From an uncultured Prevotellaceae bacterium (GTDB lineage: Bacteria > Bacteroidota > Bacteroidia > Bacteroidales > Bacteroidaceae): a stretch of DNA of 61,550 bases. How positions within the stretch are numbered: position 1 is the first letter of the stretch; each line of letters begins with the position of its first letter. The position numbers and the translations under genes are program-made. The notes beneath the pieces are model-generated. The model searched no databases and was not told the origin of the DNA. It saw only the letters and a program-made list of their open reading frames with translations. Location: the NCBI GenBank assembly GCA_902765585.1, contig CACXAG010000013.1, positions 1-61,550 on the forward strand. The letters are read 5' to 3'. Below are positions 9,232-18,603 of the stretch, piece by piece.

Positions 9232-10170
9232 GTGTTAAGACGTTTCGTGATGACAGTCACCGTGCTGTTGGTAGCCGTTCTGACGGCTACTGCGCAGCAG
9301 GATGCCTCCTTCTCCCACTACTGGGCGATGGAGACATCGTTCAATCCTGCTGCCGCTGGCAAGCAATCGATGGTGAACGTGACGGGCGCTTACTCGATGT
9401 CGATGGTGGGCTTTGAGCACAACCCCAAGACGATGTATGTGAGTGGCGACATGCCGCTATTGCTGATGAACACCTATCACGGTGTGGGCCTGATGCTGAT
9501 GAGCGATGACATCGGTATCTTCTCCCACCAGCGCTTGGCGGCACAGTATGCCTTCAAGCTGCGCCTATTGGGCGGCACGCTGAGCGTTGGCGTCCAGGCC
9601 GGTATGCTGAGCGAGAAATACAAGGGCTCGGAGCTGGACTTGGACGAGGATGACGACCGGGCGTTTACGACGAGCGACGTTAACGGCAATGCCCTCGACC
9701 TGGCTGGCGGACTCTACTACCAGCATGGGCCGTGGTATGCCGGTGTGTCGGTGCTGCACGCCACGGAACCCTCCATAGAATTGGGCGACCGCAGCATCCT
9801 GGACATCAGCAGAACGTATTATTTGACGGGCGGATACAATATTCGGCTACATAATCCGTTCTTAACTATACACCCCTCTCTGTTGGCGCGTACCGACGGC
9901 GTCGGCTACAGGGTGGATGTGACGACACGCGTGAAGTACACGCACGAGCAGCGGATGCTGTATGGCGGACTGGCCTATAGTCCTACGAACAGCGTGACGG
10001 TGCTCTTTGGTGGCAACTTCCATGGCGTCTGCCTGGGCTACAGCTACGAACTGTATACGCAGGGCATCAGCCTGAAGAACGGCAGTCATGAACTGTTTGT
10101 GGGTTACCAGACGGAGCTGAACCTGGCGAAGAAGGGTCGCAACAAGCACCAGAGCGTGAGAACGCTATGA
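9232..10170 (+). CDS. porP: T9SS PorP/SprF family outer membrane protein
   Basis: QQDASFSHYW...FNPAAAG N-terminus, GYSYE and GSHELFVGY C-terminus. First gene of the porPKLMN arrangement. Confidence 0.93.
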   Translation: MLRRFVMTVTVLLVAVLTATAQQDASFSHYWAMETSFNPAAAGKQSMVNVTGAYSMSMVGFEHNPKTMYVSGDMPLLLMNTYHGVGLMLMSDDIGIFSHQRLAAQYAFKLRLLGGTLSVGVQAGMLSEKYKGSELDLDEDDDRAFTTSDVNGNALDLAGGLYYQHGPWYAGVSVLHATEPSIELGDRSILDISRTYYLTGGYNIRLHNPFLTIHPSLLARTDGVGYRVDVTTRVKYTHEQRMLYGGLAYSPTNSVTVLFGGNFHGVCLGYSYELYTQGISLKNGSHELFVGYQTELNLAKKGRNKHQSVRTL

Positions 10171-10210
10171 AGATGAAAGATTAAACATGAAATAATAAAC
10201 ATTAAACGAT

Positions 10211-11698
10211 ATGATGATGAAAGTTAAATCAAGGATAGGGAAACGGGTAACGGTCAGAGTAATCTCTTACCTCTTACCTCTTACCTCTTACCTCTTGTTG
10301 ACAGGCTGTTTCGGCAGCAAGATGGCATCGGCATCGGGCGGTGAGGTGACAGGTACGGGCGGTCGTGTCTTTACAGAGCCTGCACCGCACGGAATGACGC
10401 TCATCAAGCGCGGTCACCTGAAGATGGGTCTGGACAAGCAGGACACGCTGTGGGGCAAGCAGACCCCCGTGCGCGACATCTCGGTGGAGGGCTTCTGGAT
10501 GGACGAGCGCGAAGTCACCAACTCGATGTACCGTCAGTTTGTGCAATGGGTGCGCGACAGCATCCTGCGCGAGCGTCTGGCCGACCCGGCCTACGGTGGC
10601 GACGAGAGCTACAAGATAGAAGAAGACAAGAACGGTGACCCCGTGAAGCCGCACCTGAACTGGAAGAAGTCGCTGCCGCGCAAGCCCAACGAGGACGAGC
10701 AGCGGGCCTTCGAGAGTCTCTATACCGTCAATCCCGCCACGGGCGAGAGGATGCTCGACTGGCGCCAGATGAACTACCGCTACGAAATCTATGACTATGT
10801 GGAGGCTGCCAAGCGTAAGTATCGCCCGACGCACGAGGAGCGCGTACTGAATACCGACATCCGTCCCAACGCCAATGAGGAGATATGGATATCGAAGGAT
10901 ACCGCCTACATCAACGACGAGGGGCAGATAGTGCGCGAGACCATCAACCGACGGTATACTGGCGAGTGGGACTTCCTGAATACCTATATCGTCAACATCT
11001 ATCCTGACACGACGTGCTGGGTGAACGACTTCCCCAATGCCGACAACGAGATATACATGCGCTACTATTTCACCAATGCCGCCTATAACGACTATCCCGT
11101 GGTGGGCGTGACCTGGGAACAGGCCAACGCTTTCTGTGCTTGGCGTACGGACTATCTGTTGCGCGGACTGGGACCGTCGGCACGCTTCGTGCAGCGCTAC
11201 CGCCTGCCGACAGAGGCAGAGTGGGAGTATGCCGCTCGTGGCAAGGACCAGAACGAGTTCCCGTGGGACAATCAGGACGTGGCCAGCGGCAACGGATGCT
11301 TCTTTGCCAACTTCAAGCCCGACAACGGCAACTACACCAAGGACGGCAACCTGATAACCAGTCGCACGGGCATCTACGGAGCCAATTCGAACGGACTGTA
11401 CGACATGGCGGGCAACGTGGCAGAATGGTGCTCGACCATCTATACCGAGGCTGGCGTGGATGCCATGAACGACATCAATCCGCAGTTGAGCTACAATGCC
11501 GCCAAGGAAGACCCCTACCGGCTGAAGAAGAAGTCGGTGCGCGGCGGTTCGTGGAAAGACCCCGAGAGCTACATCCGCTCCGCATGGCGCTCGTATGAAT
11601 ACCAGAACCAGCCTCGCTCGTACATCGGCTTCCGTTGCGTGCGCAGCCTGGCCAACACCACCAGCGACAAGATTAAAGTCAAGAAGGGAAAGAAATAG
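10211..11698 (+). CDS. gldK: T9SS ring lipoprotein PorK/GldK (FGE-sulfatase fold)
   Basis: Lipobox LTGC, YPVVGVTWEQANAFCAWRT, RLPTEAEWEYAARG, GLYDMAGNVAEW, and synteny. Confidence 0.95.
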   Translation: MMMKVKSRIGKRVTVRVISYLLPLTSYLLLTGCFGSKMASASGGEVTGTGGRVFTEPAPHGMTLIKRGHLKMGLDKQDTLWGKQTPVRDISVEGFWMDEREVTNSMYRQFVQWVRDSILRERLADPAYGGDESYKIEEDKNGDPVKPHLNWKKSLPRKPNEDEQRAFESLYTVNPATGERMLDWRQMNYRYEIYDYVEAAKRKYRPTHEERVLNTDIRPNANEEIWISKDTAYINDEGQIVRETINRRYTGEWDFLNTYIVNIYPDTTCWVNDFPNADNEIYMRYYFTNAAYNDYPVVGVTWEQANAFCAWRTDYLLRGLGPSARFVQRYRLPTEAEWEYAARGKDQNEFPWDNQDVASGNGCFFANFKPDNGNYTKDGNLITSRTGIYGANSNGLYDMAGNVAEWCSTIYTEAGVDAMNDINPQLSYNAAKEDPYRLKKKSVRGGSWKDPESYIRSAWRSYEYQNQPRSYIGFRCVRSLANTTSDKIKVKKGKK

Positions 11699-11745
11699 GG
11701 AGATGAAAGATGAAAAATGAAAGATGAAAAATGAAAAATTGAAAA

Positions 11746-12570
11746 ATGACAACATATAGCAAACTGAATATCGTCTACCGCTTACAGAAGTGGATGGACA
11801 GCGTGCCGGGACAGACGTTCCTGAACTACGCCTATAGCTGGGGTGCCTCTATCGTAATCTTAGGTACGCTCTTCAAATTGACGCACCTGCCAGGAGCCAA
11901 CTTCTTCCTGTTCTTGGGTATGGGAACGGAGGTGTTCGTGTTCTTCATTTCAGCATTCGACCGTCCCTTCGACAAGACAACGGATGGCATGGAACTGGAT
12001 ATCCACATGGAGGAAGAAGGTGAGCATCCCGTGGTCAATGGCGGCGTGACCGGTGGTGGTACCATTGTCATTAATGGTGGTGGTGCCGGTGTCGTAGGCG
12101 AAGCGAACGTCGGCAGCGGTGCTGTCGAGCATCCGACAGACGGCGGTGGTGTTGCCGGTGTCATCGGTGGTGGCTTCATTGGTGGTAGTGGCGTTATCGG
12201 TGACGGTGGTGTCATTGGTGGTGGCGTGGTTGCTCAGCCTGAGCCCCTGCCTTTGGGCGAGGAGCTGAAGGAGGCTACGTCGAACTATATCGACGAGCTG
12301 AACCGGCTGACCGAGATGCTGACGCAGGTGTCGGAGCAGAGCCAGCGCCTGACACGCGACTCGGAGGAGATGGAGAACCTGAACCGTACGCTGACGGGCA
12401 TCAGTCGCGTCTACGAGATGCAGTTGAAGAGTGCCTCGTCGCAGATCAGCACCATCGACGAAATCAACGACCAGACGCGCCACATGGCTGAGCAGATTCA
12501 GGAGCTGAACAAGATCTACGCCCGCATGATAGAGGCGATGCAAGTACGCATACCACAGGTCCCGCAATAA
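11746..12570 (+). CDS. gldL: T9SS motor protein PorL/GldL
   Basis: YSWGASIVILGTLFKLTH and GMGTEVFVFFISAF TM motifs, C-terminal coiled coil. Confidence 0.95.
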   Translation: MTTYSKLNIVYRLQKWMDSVPGQTFLNYAYSWGASIVILGTLFKLTHLPGANFFLFLGMGTEVFVFFISAFDRPFDKTTDGMELDIHMEEEGEHPVVNGGVTGGGTIVINGGGAGVVGEANVGSGAVEHPTDGGGVAGVIGGGFIGGSGVIGDGGVIGGGVVAQPEPLPLGEELKEATSNYIDELNRLTEMLTQVSEQSQRLTRDSEEMENLNRTLTGISRVYEMQLKSASSQISTIDEINDQTRHMAEQIQELNKIYARMIEAMQVRIPQVPQ

Positions 12571-12611
12571 AAATTGAAGAATTGAAAATTGTCAAATAGT
12601 CAAATATAACA

Positions 12612-14177
12612 ATGGCAATCAAGAAAAGACCGGTTTCCCCTCGCCAGAAGATGATTAACCTGATGTACGTGGTACTGATGGCGATGCTGGCATTGAACGT
12701 CTCTACGGAGGTGCTCAACGGATTCTCGCTGGTCGAGGAGAGCCTGAAGCGCACCACCATCAATGCCACCAATGAGAACCAGGCGATATATGACGACTTT
12801 GCCGTCCAGATGAAGAAGAACCCGCAGAAGGTGAAGCAGTGGTACGACAAGTCGCAGCAGGTGAAGGAGATGAGCAACCAGCTCTATAATCTGGCTGACG
12901 AACTGAAGGAGGCTATCGTCCGCGAGGCTGACGGTGATGACGGTGACGTGCGCAACATCCGCAACAAGGAGGATTTGGAGGCTGCCAATCAGGTGATGCT
13001 ATCGCCCAGTCGCGGTCGTGGCAAGGAGTTGTATGATGCTATCAACAAATACAGGGTGGCACTGCTGGCGATGGTGACAGACTATAATCAGAAGAAGATG
13101 ATAGCCTCGAACCTGACGACGGAGATTCCCAAGAATGCCAAGGCCATGGGCAAGAACTGGCAGGAATATATGTTTGAGTCGATGCCTACCGCTGCCGCCG
13201 TCACCCTGCTGAGCAAGCTGCAGAACGACGTGCGCTATGCCGAGGGTACGGTGCTGCATACGCTGGTGTCGAACATCGACGTGAAGGACATCCGTGTGAA
13301 TGCGCTGAACGCCTTCGTCATTCCCAACTCGCAGACTATCGTGCGTGGTGACAAGTTCTCGGCACGCATCGTCATGGCTGCCGTCGACACCACCCAGGTG
13401 CCGCAGATATTCATCGGCGGCAAGGAGGTGAACTTGCCTGGCGGACTCTATGAGACGGTGACGGGTCGCACTGGCGACTTCACGCTCTCGGGTTACATAC
13501 AGGTGGAGAACGGTAACGGCGAGATGCTGAGACGAGACTTTGAGCAGAAGTATACCGTGGTAGACCCCTCGGCAACAGTGAGTGCCGACCTGATGAATGT
13601 GCTCTATGCCGGTTATAACAACCCGATTAGCGTGTCGGTGCCGGGTGTTCCTGTCAACAAGGTGCAGGCTACGATGACGGGCGGTACGCTGCAGCCGGTA
13701 GGCCCGGGCCGCTATATTGCCCGTCCCACAGCAGTGGGTCAGAACGTCACCATCACCGTGACCTCGACCAATACCGGCCGCTCGCAGCAGATGGGACAGT
13801 TTACGTTCCGAGTGCGCCGTCTGCCTGACCCCACGCCGTATATCGCTATGAAGGATGACAGCGGCAGTCCCGTGCGCTATAAGGGCGGCGGCCTCTCGAA
13901 GGCCCAGCTGATGTCTGTCGACGGCATCGGTGCCGCTATCGACGACGGCATCCTCGACATCGCCTTCAAGGTACAGAGTTTCGAGACCGTCTTCTTCGAC
14001 AACATGGGTAATGCCGTGCCGATGGTCAGCGAGGGTTCTAATTTCTCGGCCCGTCAGAAGGACACCTTCCGCAAACTGCAGCGCAACAAGCGTTTCTATA
14101 TCTCACGCGTGACGGCCATCGGTCCCGACGGCATCTCGCGTAAGCTGAACGCCTCGATGGAGGTCATCGTGAAATAG
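12612..14177 (+). CDS. gldM: T9SS motor protein PorM/GldM
   Basis: SPRQKMINLMYVVLMAMLALNVS signature, MNVLYAGYNNPISVSVPG. Confidence 0.97.
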   Translation: MAIKKRPVSPRQKMINLMYVVLMAMLALNVSTEVLNGFSLVEESLKRTTINATNENQAIYDDFAVQMKKNPQKVKQWYDKSQQVKEMSNQLYNLADELKEAIVREADGDDGDVRNIRNKEDLEAANQVMLSPSRGRGKELYDAINKYRVALLAMVTDYNQKKMIASNLTTEIPKNAKAMGKNWQEYMFESMPTAAAVTLLSKLQNDVRYAEGTVLHTLVSNIDVKDIRVNALNAFVIPNSQTIVRGDKFSARIVMAAVDTTQVPQIFIGGKEVNLPGGLYETVTGRTGDFTLSGYIQVENGNGEMLRRDFEQKYTVVDPSATVSADLMNVLYAGYNNPISVSVPGVPVNKVQATMTGGTLQPVGPGRYIARPTAVGQNVTITVTSTNTGRSQQMGQFTFRVRRLPDPTPYIAMKDDSGSPVRYKGGGLSKAQLMSVDGIGAAIDDGILDIAFKVQSFETVFFDNMGNAVPMVSEGSNFSARQKDTFRKLQRNKRFYISRVTAIGPDGISRKLNASMEVIVK

Positions 14178-14243
14178 CGGGCTTCGCAAATAGCGGGCTT
14201 CGCCCTAAAGAATAAATAAAAAATAATAAATAATAATGAAGAT

Positions 14244-15359
14244 ATGATGTATATGGGAACAAATAGTTTTCGAATAAGGAATCGAATGACGATAGGTTTA
14301 TTCTTTATTCTTTATTCTTTATTATTTAGCCCCGCAGGGGCGCTGGCGCAGCCGAAGGCGCGTAGGCAGCAACCGCAGAGGACGCAGCAGGTAGCCGGTC
14401 AGAATACCGGCCAGAGGCAGTCGCAACAGAACCAGGGCATGACGATGCGTGCCCGGCTGATGTACCCGACAGCTGTGGACATGCCGGAGAATGTGGTGTG
14501 GCGCCGCGACATCTATCGCGAGATAGACCTCAACAAGGATGCCAACGCCGGTCTCTACTACCCCGTGGAGCCTATCGACAAGCAGCTGAACCTCTTTACA
14601 TACGTGTTCAAGCTGGCGCTGAACGGCTATATCCCCGTCTACGAATACCGCTTGGATGGTAATGAGGTGTTCAGCGACTCGGCAAAGGTACAGATGAAGA
14701 CAGTGCTCGACAACTACCACATCTTCTACGAAGAGCGCGACGACAAGCTGCGCGTCGACAATAGCGACATTCCCTCGGCAGAGGTGAAGATGTACTACCT
14801 GAAGGAGAGTGCCTACTTCGACGATGCCAACTCGACGTTCCACCGCAAGGTGCAGGCCATCTGTCCCGTGATGCTCCGTGAGGACGACTTCGGTGGCGAG
14901 GCCTCGAAGTATCCGCTGTTCTGGGTGAAGTATGCTGACGTAGAGCCCTTCCTGAGCCGTCAGACGGTGATGACGTCGAACCTGAACAATGCCGCTGTCA
15001 TGTCGATGGAGGACTACTTTACGCTGAACCGCTACGAGGGCAAAATCTATAAGACCAACAACATGCTGGGCAGGACGCTGGCACAGTACTGTCCCACCGA
15101 CTCGGCCATGGTGAAGGAGCAGAATAGAATAGAGGCTGAGCTGAAGGCTTTCGAACAGAACATCTTCGGCGACCAGCACAAGAAGGACTCGCTGGACTCC
15201 ATCGCCAAGCTCGACCCCAAACAGCTGAAGGCTACCAAGAAGTCGTCGAAGGGTAAGAGCCGTAGCACCACGGCCAAGGTGAAGACCTCCAAGCCGAAGA
15301 GCAGCAGCGCGACGCCATCGGGTAATGCCCGCGTCACCGTGCGCCGCCAGCGCCACTAA
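14244..15359 (+). CDS. gldN: T9SS ring protein PorN/GldN (start uncertain)
   Basis: VVWRRDIYREIDL, NAGLYYPVEP, YPLFWVKY, and synteny. Confidence 0.93.
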   Translation: MMYMGTNSFRIRNRMTIGLFFILYSLLFSPAGALAQPKARRQQPQRTQQVAGQNTGQRQSQQNQGMTMRARLMYPTAVDMPENVVWRRDIYREIDLNKDANAGLYYPVEPIDKQLNLFTYVFKLALNGYIPVYEYRLDGNEVFSDSAKVQMKTVLDNYHIFYEERDDKLRVDNSDIPSAEVKMYYLKESAYFDDANSTFHRKVQAICPVMLREDDFGGEASKYPLFWVKYADVEPFLSRQTVMTSNLNNAAVMSMEDYFTLNRYEGKIYKTNNMLGRTLAQYCPTDSAMVKEQNRIEAELKAFEQNIFGDQHKKDSLDSIAKLDPKQLKATKKSSKGKSRSTTAKVKTSKPKSSSATPSGNARVTVRRQRH

Positions 15360-15384
15360 GCAGCGGACAAGTAGAAACAGTATA

Positions 15385-15427
15385 ACAGAAAAATGGGGAG
15401 CAATCGACTTGCCCCCCATTTTTCTGT
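15385..15427. terminator. Bidirectional intrinsic terminator between convergent gldN and ackA
   Basis: acagaaaaatggggagcaa-tcgac-ttgccccccatttttctgt inverted repeat with A and T tracts. Confidence 0.85.
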
Positions 15428-15440
15428 ATGATGCTTCTGT

Positions 15441-16631
15441 TTACAGCAGGTTCATCGTGTCGGTAGCAATCATCAGTTCCTCGTCGGTAGGAATGACAAC
15501 CACCTTGACCTTCGAGTCGTCAGCAGAGATAATGGCCTCCTCGCCGCGAACGTTGTTCTTGGCTTCGTCGAACTTCACGCCCAGGAACTCCAGGCCCTTG
15601 CAGACCTCAGAACGCATGCTAAGCTGGTTCTCGCCGACGCCAGCGGTGAAGACGATGACATCCACGCCACCCATAGCAGCAGCGTAGGCACCGATGTACT
15701 TCTTGATGCGGTAGAAATACATGTCCTGAGCCAGCTTGGCGCGCTCGTCGCCGCCCTTGGCAGCGTTCTCCACGTCGCGCATGTCAGAGCTTCCGCCCGT
15801 GATACCGGCAACACCGCTCTTCTTGTTCAGCAGGTTCGACATGCCGTCGGGGTCGAGTTCGAGTTTCTTCTCGATGAACGTTACGGCACCGCCGTCGATG
15901 TCGCCCGAGCGGGTTCCCATGACGAGACCCTCCAGCGGAGTGAGACCCATGGAGGTGTCGATGCACTTGCCATCAACGACAGCAGCGATAGAACCACCGT
16001 TACCGACGTGACAGGTCACCATCTTGGTGCCCTCAGCGGGAATGCCTAAGAACTCGCAGGCACGGGCCGAGACATAACGGTGGCTGGTGCCGTGGAAACC
16101 ATAGCGGCGGATGCCGTACTTCTCGTAGAGCTCGTAAGGAATGGCATACATATAGGCCTTGGCGGGCATGGTCTGGTGGAAGGCAGTGTCAAAGACGCCT
16201 ACCTGGGGCAGACCCGGCATCAGCTCCTTCACAGCGTTCACACCCTTCAGGTTGGCGGGATTGTGCAGGGGAGCCAGGTCAGAGCACTCCTCGAAGGCTT
16301 TCAGCACCTCGTCGGTCAGGATGACGCTCTTGTTGAACTTCTCGCCGCCGTGCACCATGCGGTGACCGACAGCGTCAATCTCGTCGAGGCTCTTGATGAC
16401 ACCAATCTCGGGGTCGGTCAACAGCGAGAAGATGAACTTCACACCCTCGGTATGCTCGGGGATGTCGTGCATAATCTGCTTCTTCTCGCCGTTAGCGAGC
16501 TTCACTTTCACAAAGGCACCGTCCAAACCCACGCGCTCAGCACCGCCACTGGTCATCACACTCTTGTCGTCCATGTTATACAGAGCGTACTTAATCGACG
16601 ACGAACCACAATTTAAAACTAATATCTTCAT
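15441..16631 (-). CDS. ackA: Acetate kinase
   Basis: ILVLNCGSSSIK, GHRMVHGG, APLHNPAN, YGFHGTSH, IPTDEELMIA. Confidence 0.98.
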   Translation of the reverse strand: MKILVLNCGSSSIKYALYNMDDKSVMTSGGAERVGLDGAFVKVKLANGEKKQIMHDIPEHTEGVKFIFSLLTDPEIGVIKSLDEIDAVGHRMVHGGEKFNKSVILTDEVLKAFEECSDLAPLHNPANLKGVNAVKELMPGLPQVGVFDTAFHQTMPAKAYMYAIPYELYEKYGIRRYGFHGTSHRYVSARACEFLGIPAEGTKMVTCHVGNGGSIAAVVDGKCIDTSMGLTPLEGLVMGTRSGDIDGGAVTFIEKKLELDPDGMSNLLNKKSGVAGITGGSSDMRDVENAAKGGDERAKLAQDMYFYRIKKYIGAYAAAMGGVDVIVFTAGVGENQLSMRSEVCKGLEFLGVKFDEAKNNVRGEEAIISADDSKVKVVVIPTDEELMIATDTMNLL

Positions 16632-16661
16632 ATTAATGTTTAATCTTTAGTGTTTAATGTA

Positions 16662-17672
16662 TTACTTCTTTGCGTCCATGGCCTGGCAGGCGGTGATGGC
16701 GATCATGTAGTAGATGTCATCAACGGAGCAGCCGCGAGAGAGGTCGTTCACCGGACGGGCGATACCCTGCAGAACCGGACCGATGGCGATGGCGTCGCCC
16801 AGGCGCTGTACCATCTTATAGCCGATGTTGCCCACTTCCAGGTTGGGGAATACGAGGACGTTAGCCTTGCCGGCGATGTCAGAGCCGGGAGCCTTCTTGG
16901 CACCAACGCTAGGAACCAGGGCGGCATCAGCTTGCAGCTCACCGTCAATCTTCAGGTCGGGAGCCATCTCCTTGGCCAACTTCGTAGCCTCGATGACCTT
17001 GTCGCAAACCTCGTGCTTGGCGCTGCCCTTGGTAGAGAAGCTCAGCATGGCCACGCGGGGATCCTCGAAACCGGCAACAGCCTTAGCCATCTGAGCCGTG
17101 CAGACGGCAATCTGAGCCAGCTGGTTGGCATCGGGCATGGGCGTTACAGCCACGTCGGCAATGACGAGCACACCGTCCTCACCATACTGCTTCTGCTTCG
17201 AGATGAGCAGCAGGCCGCCGCTGACGCAGGTGATGCCGGGCTGGCACTTGATAATCTGCAGGGCGGGACGCAGCGTGTCGCCAGTGGTCGACAGCGCACC
17301 GCTAATCTGACCGTCGGCACCCTCGGTCTTGATAATCATGCATCCCAGATACAGGGGATTCTTGACCAGCTTGCGGGCTTCCTCGATGGTCATGCCCTTC
17401 GACTTGCGAATCTCGGCCAGTTTCTCGGCCAGCTCCTCGCTCTTCTCGTAGTTCTCCGGGTCGATGAGGGTAGCCTTGCCGATGTTGGTCAGGCCCTTCT
17501 CCTTGGCCAGAGCCTCCACCTTGGCGGGGTTGCCAATGAGGATGATGTCTGCGAGTTCGTCAGCCAGAGCCTTGTCGGCTGCACACAATGTACGCTCCTC
17601 TTCAGCCTCGGGGAGCACGATGCGCTGCTTGTTACTCTTAGCACGCGCAACGATTTGACTTAATAAATCCAT
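16662..17672 (-). CDS. pta: Phosphate acetyltransferase
   Basis: RIVLPEAEEERTL, DGELQADAAL, FPNLEVGNIGYK, PVNDLSRGC. Confidence 0.98.
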   Translation of the reverse strand: MDLLSQIVARAKSNKQRIVLPEAEEERTLCAADKALADELADIILIGNPAKVEALAKEKGLTNIGKATLIDPENYEKSEELAEKLAEIRKSKGMTIEEARKLVKNPLYLGCMIIKTEGADGQISGALSTTGDTLRPALQIIKCQPGITCVSGGLLLISKQKQYGEDGVLVIADVAVTPMPDANQLAQIAVCTAQMAKAVAGFEDPRVAMLSFSTKGSAKHEVCDKVIEATKLAKEMAPDLKIDGELQADAALVPSVGAKKAPGSDIAGKANVLVFPNLEVGNIGYKMVQRLGDAIAIGPVLQGIARPVNDLSRGCSVDDIYYMIAITACQAMDAKK

Positions 17673-17715
17673 AGTTTGCTTTTATTGATTAATGATACTT
17701 TTATTGATTGTTGTG

Positions 17716-17723
17716 CAAAGATA
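17716..17723 (-). promoter_or_regulatory. -7 promoter element (TATCTTTG) for pta-ackA
   Basis: Consensus match in AT-rich DNA about 45 bp upstream of pta. Confidence 0.65.
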
Positions 17724-17776
17724 CGAAATAATTATCAATTATCCATTATCCATTATCAATTTTTAAGCGTTTACGT

Positions 17777-18553
17777 TTACGCCATTTCCTGTGTCAGGAT
17801 GCTTTCCAGCTTCTCGGCCGTCAGGCGTAGCTGGAATTCGCCGTTGATGGCGATGCTGATGCCGCCCGTTTCCTCGGAGACGACGATGGCTATGCAGTCG
17901 CTTTCGCTGCTGATGCCCAGCGCTGCGCGGTGGCGCAGACCCAGTTCCTTGGGGATGTTCAGGTCGTGGCTGACGGGCAGTATGCAGCCAGCGGCCACGA
18001 TGTGCTCTTTGTCGATGACCATGGCGCCGTCGTGCAGGGGGGAGTTCTTGAAGAAGATGTTTTCGATGAGCCGCTGGTTGACGGCGGCATCTATGCGCTC
18101 GCCAGTGTCGATGATGCCGTTGAGCGGGGTGTTGCGCTGGATAACCATCAGCGCGCCCACCTTCTTCTTGCTCATCGACATGCAGGACATGACGATGGGC
18201 ATGATGATTTGCTTGAGCTTTTCCGTGCCCTGCTTCTTGTCGCCGTTGCTGAACAGCTTGCGGATGGCCTTCATGCGCTGGTGGGCGCCCAGGTTGTAGA
18301 GGAACTTACGGATGTCGTCCTGAAAGAGCACGATGAGCACGATGACACCCACCGACACCAACTTGTCCATGATGGCTCCCATGAGCTTCATCTCCAGCAC
18401 CTGCGACACCAGCAGCCATAGTACGACAAACACCAGAATGCCCATGAACACGTTCAGTGAGCGCGACTCCTTCATCAGCCTGTAGGCGTAGAACAGCATC
18501 AGCGCCACCAGGACAATGTCGATAATATCTTTTATTCCGAAATCAAAAAACAC
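17777..18553 (-). CDS. cdaA: Diadenylate cyclase CdaA/DacA
   Basis: Three N-terminal TM helices, NSPLHDGA and LGLRHRAA catalytic motifs, VSEETG. Confidence 0.95.
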   Translation of the reverse strand: MFFDFGIKDIIDIVLVALMLFYAYRLMKESRSLNVFMGILVFVVLWLLVSQVLEMKLMGAIMDKLVSVGVIVLIVLFQDDIRKFLYNLGAHQRMKAIRKLFSNGDKKQGTEKLKQIIMPIVMSCMSMSKKKVGALMVIQRNTPLNGIIDTGERIDAAVNQRLIENIFFKNSPLHDGAMVIDKEHIVAAGCILPVSHDLNIPKELGLRHRAALGISSESDCIAIVVSEETGGISIAINGEFQLRLTAEKLESILTQEMA

Positions 18554-18603
18554 CTTATATTTATAGTTTAATATTTATTGTTTTACGTTTATTGTTTATT
18601 GTT

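Noticed and set aside
9232-15359. gldKLMN as evidence of gliding motility
   Set aside because: The porPKLMN operon is the T9SS core also present in non-gliding Bacteroidales, and no gliding-specific genes are in the window
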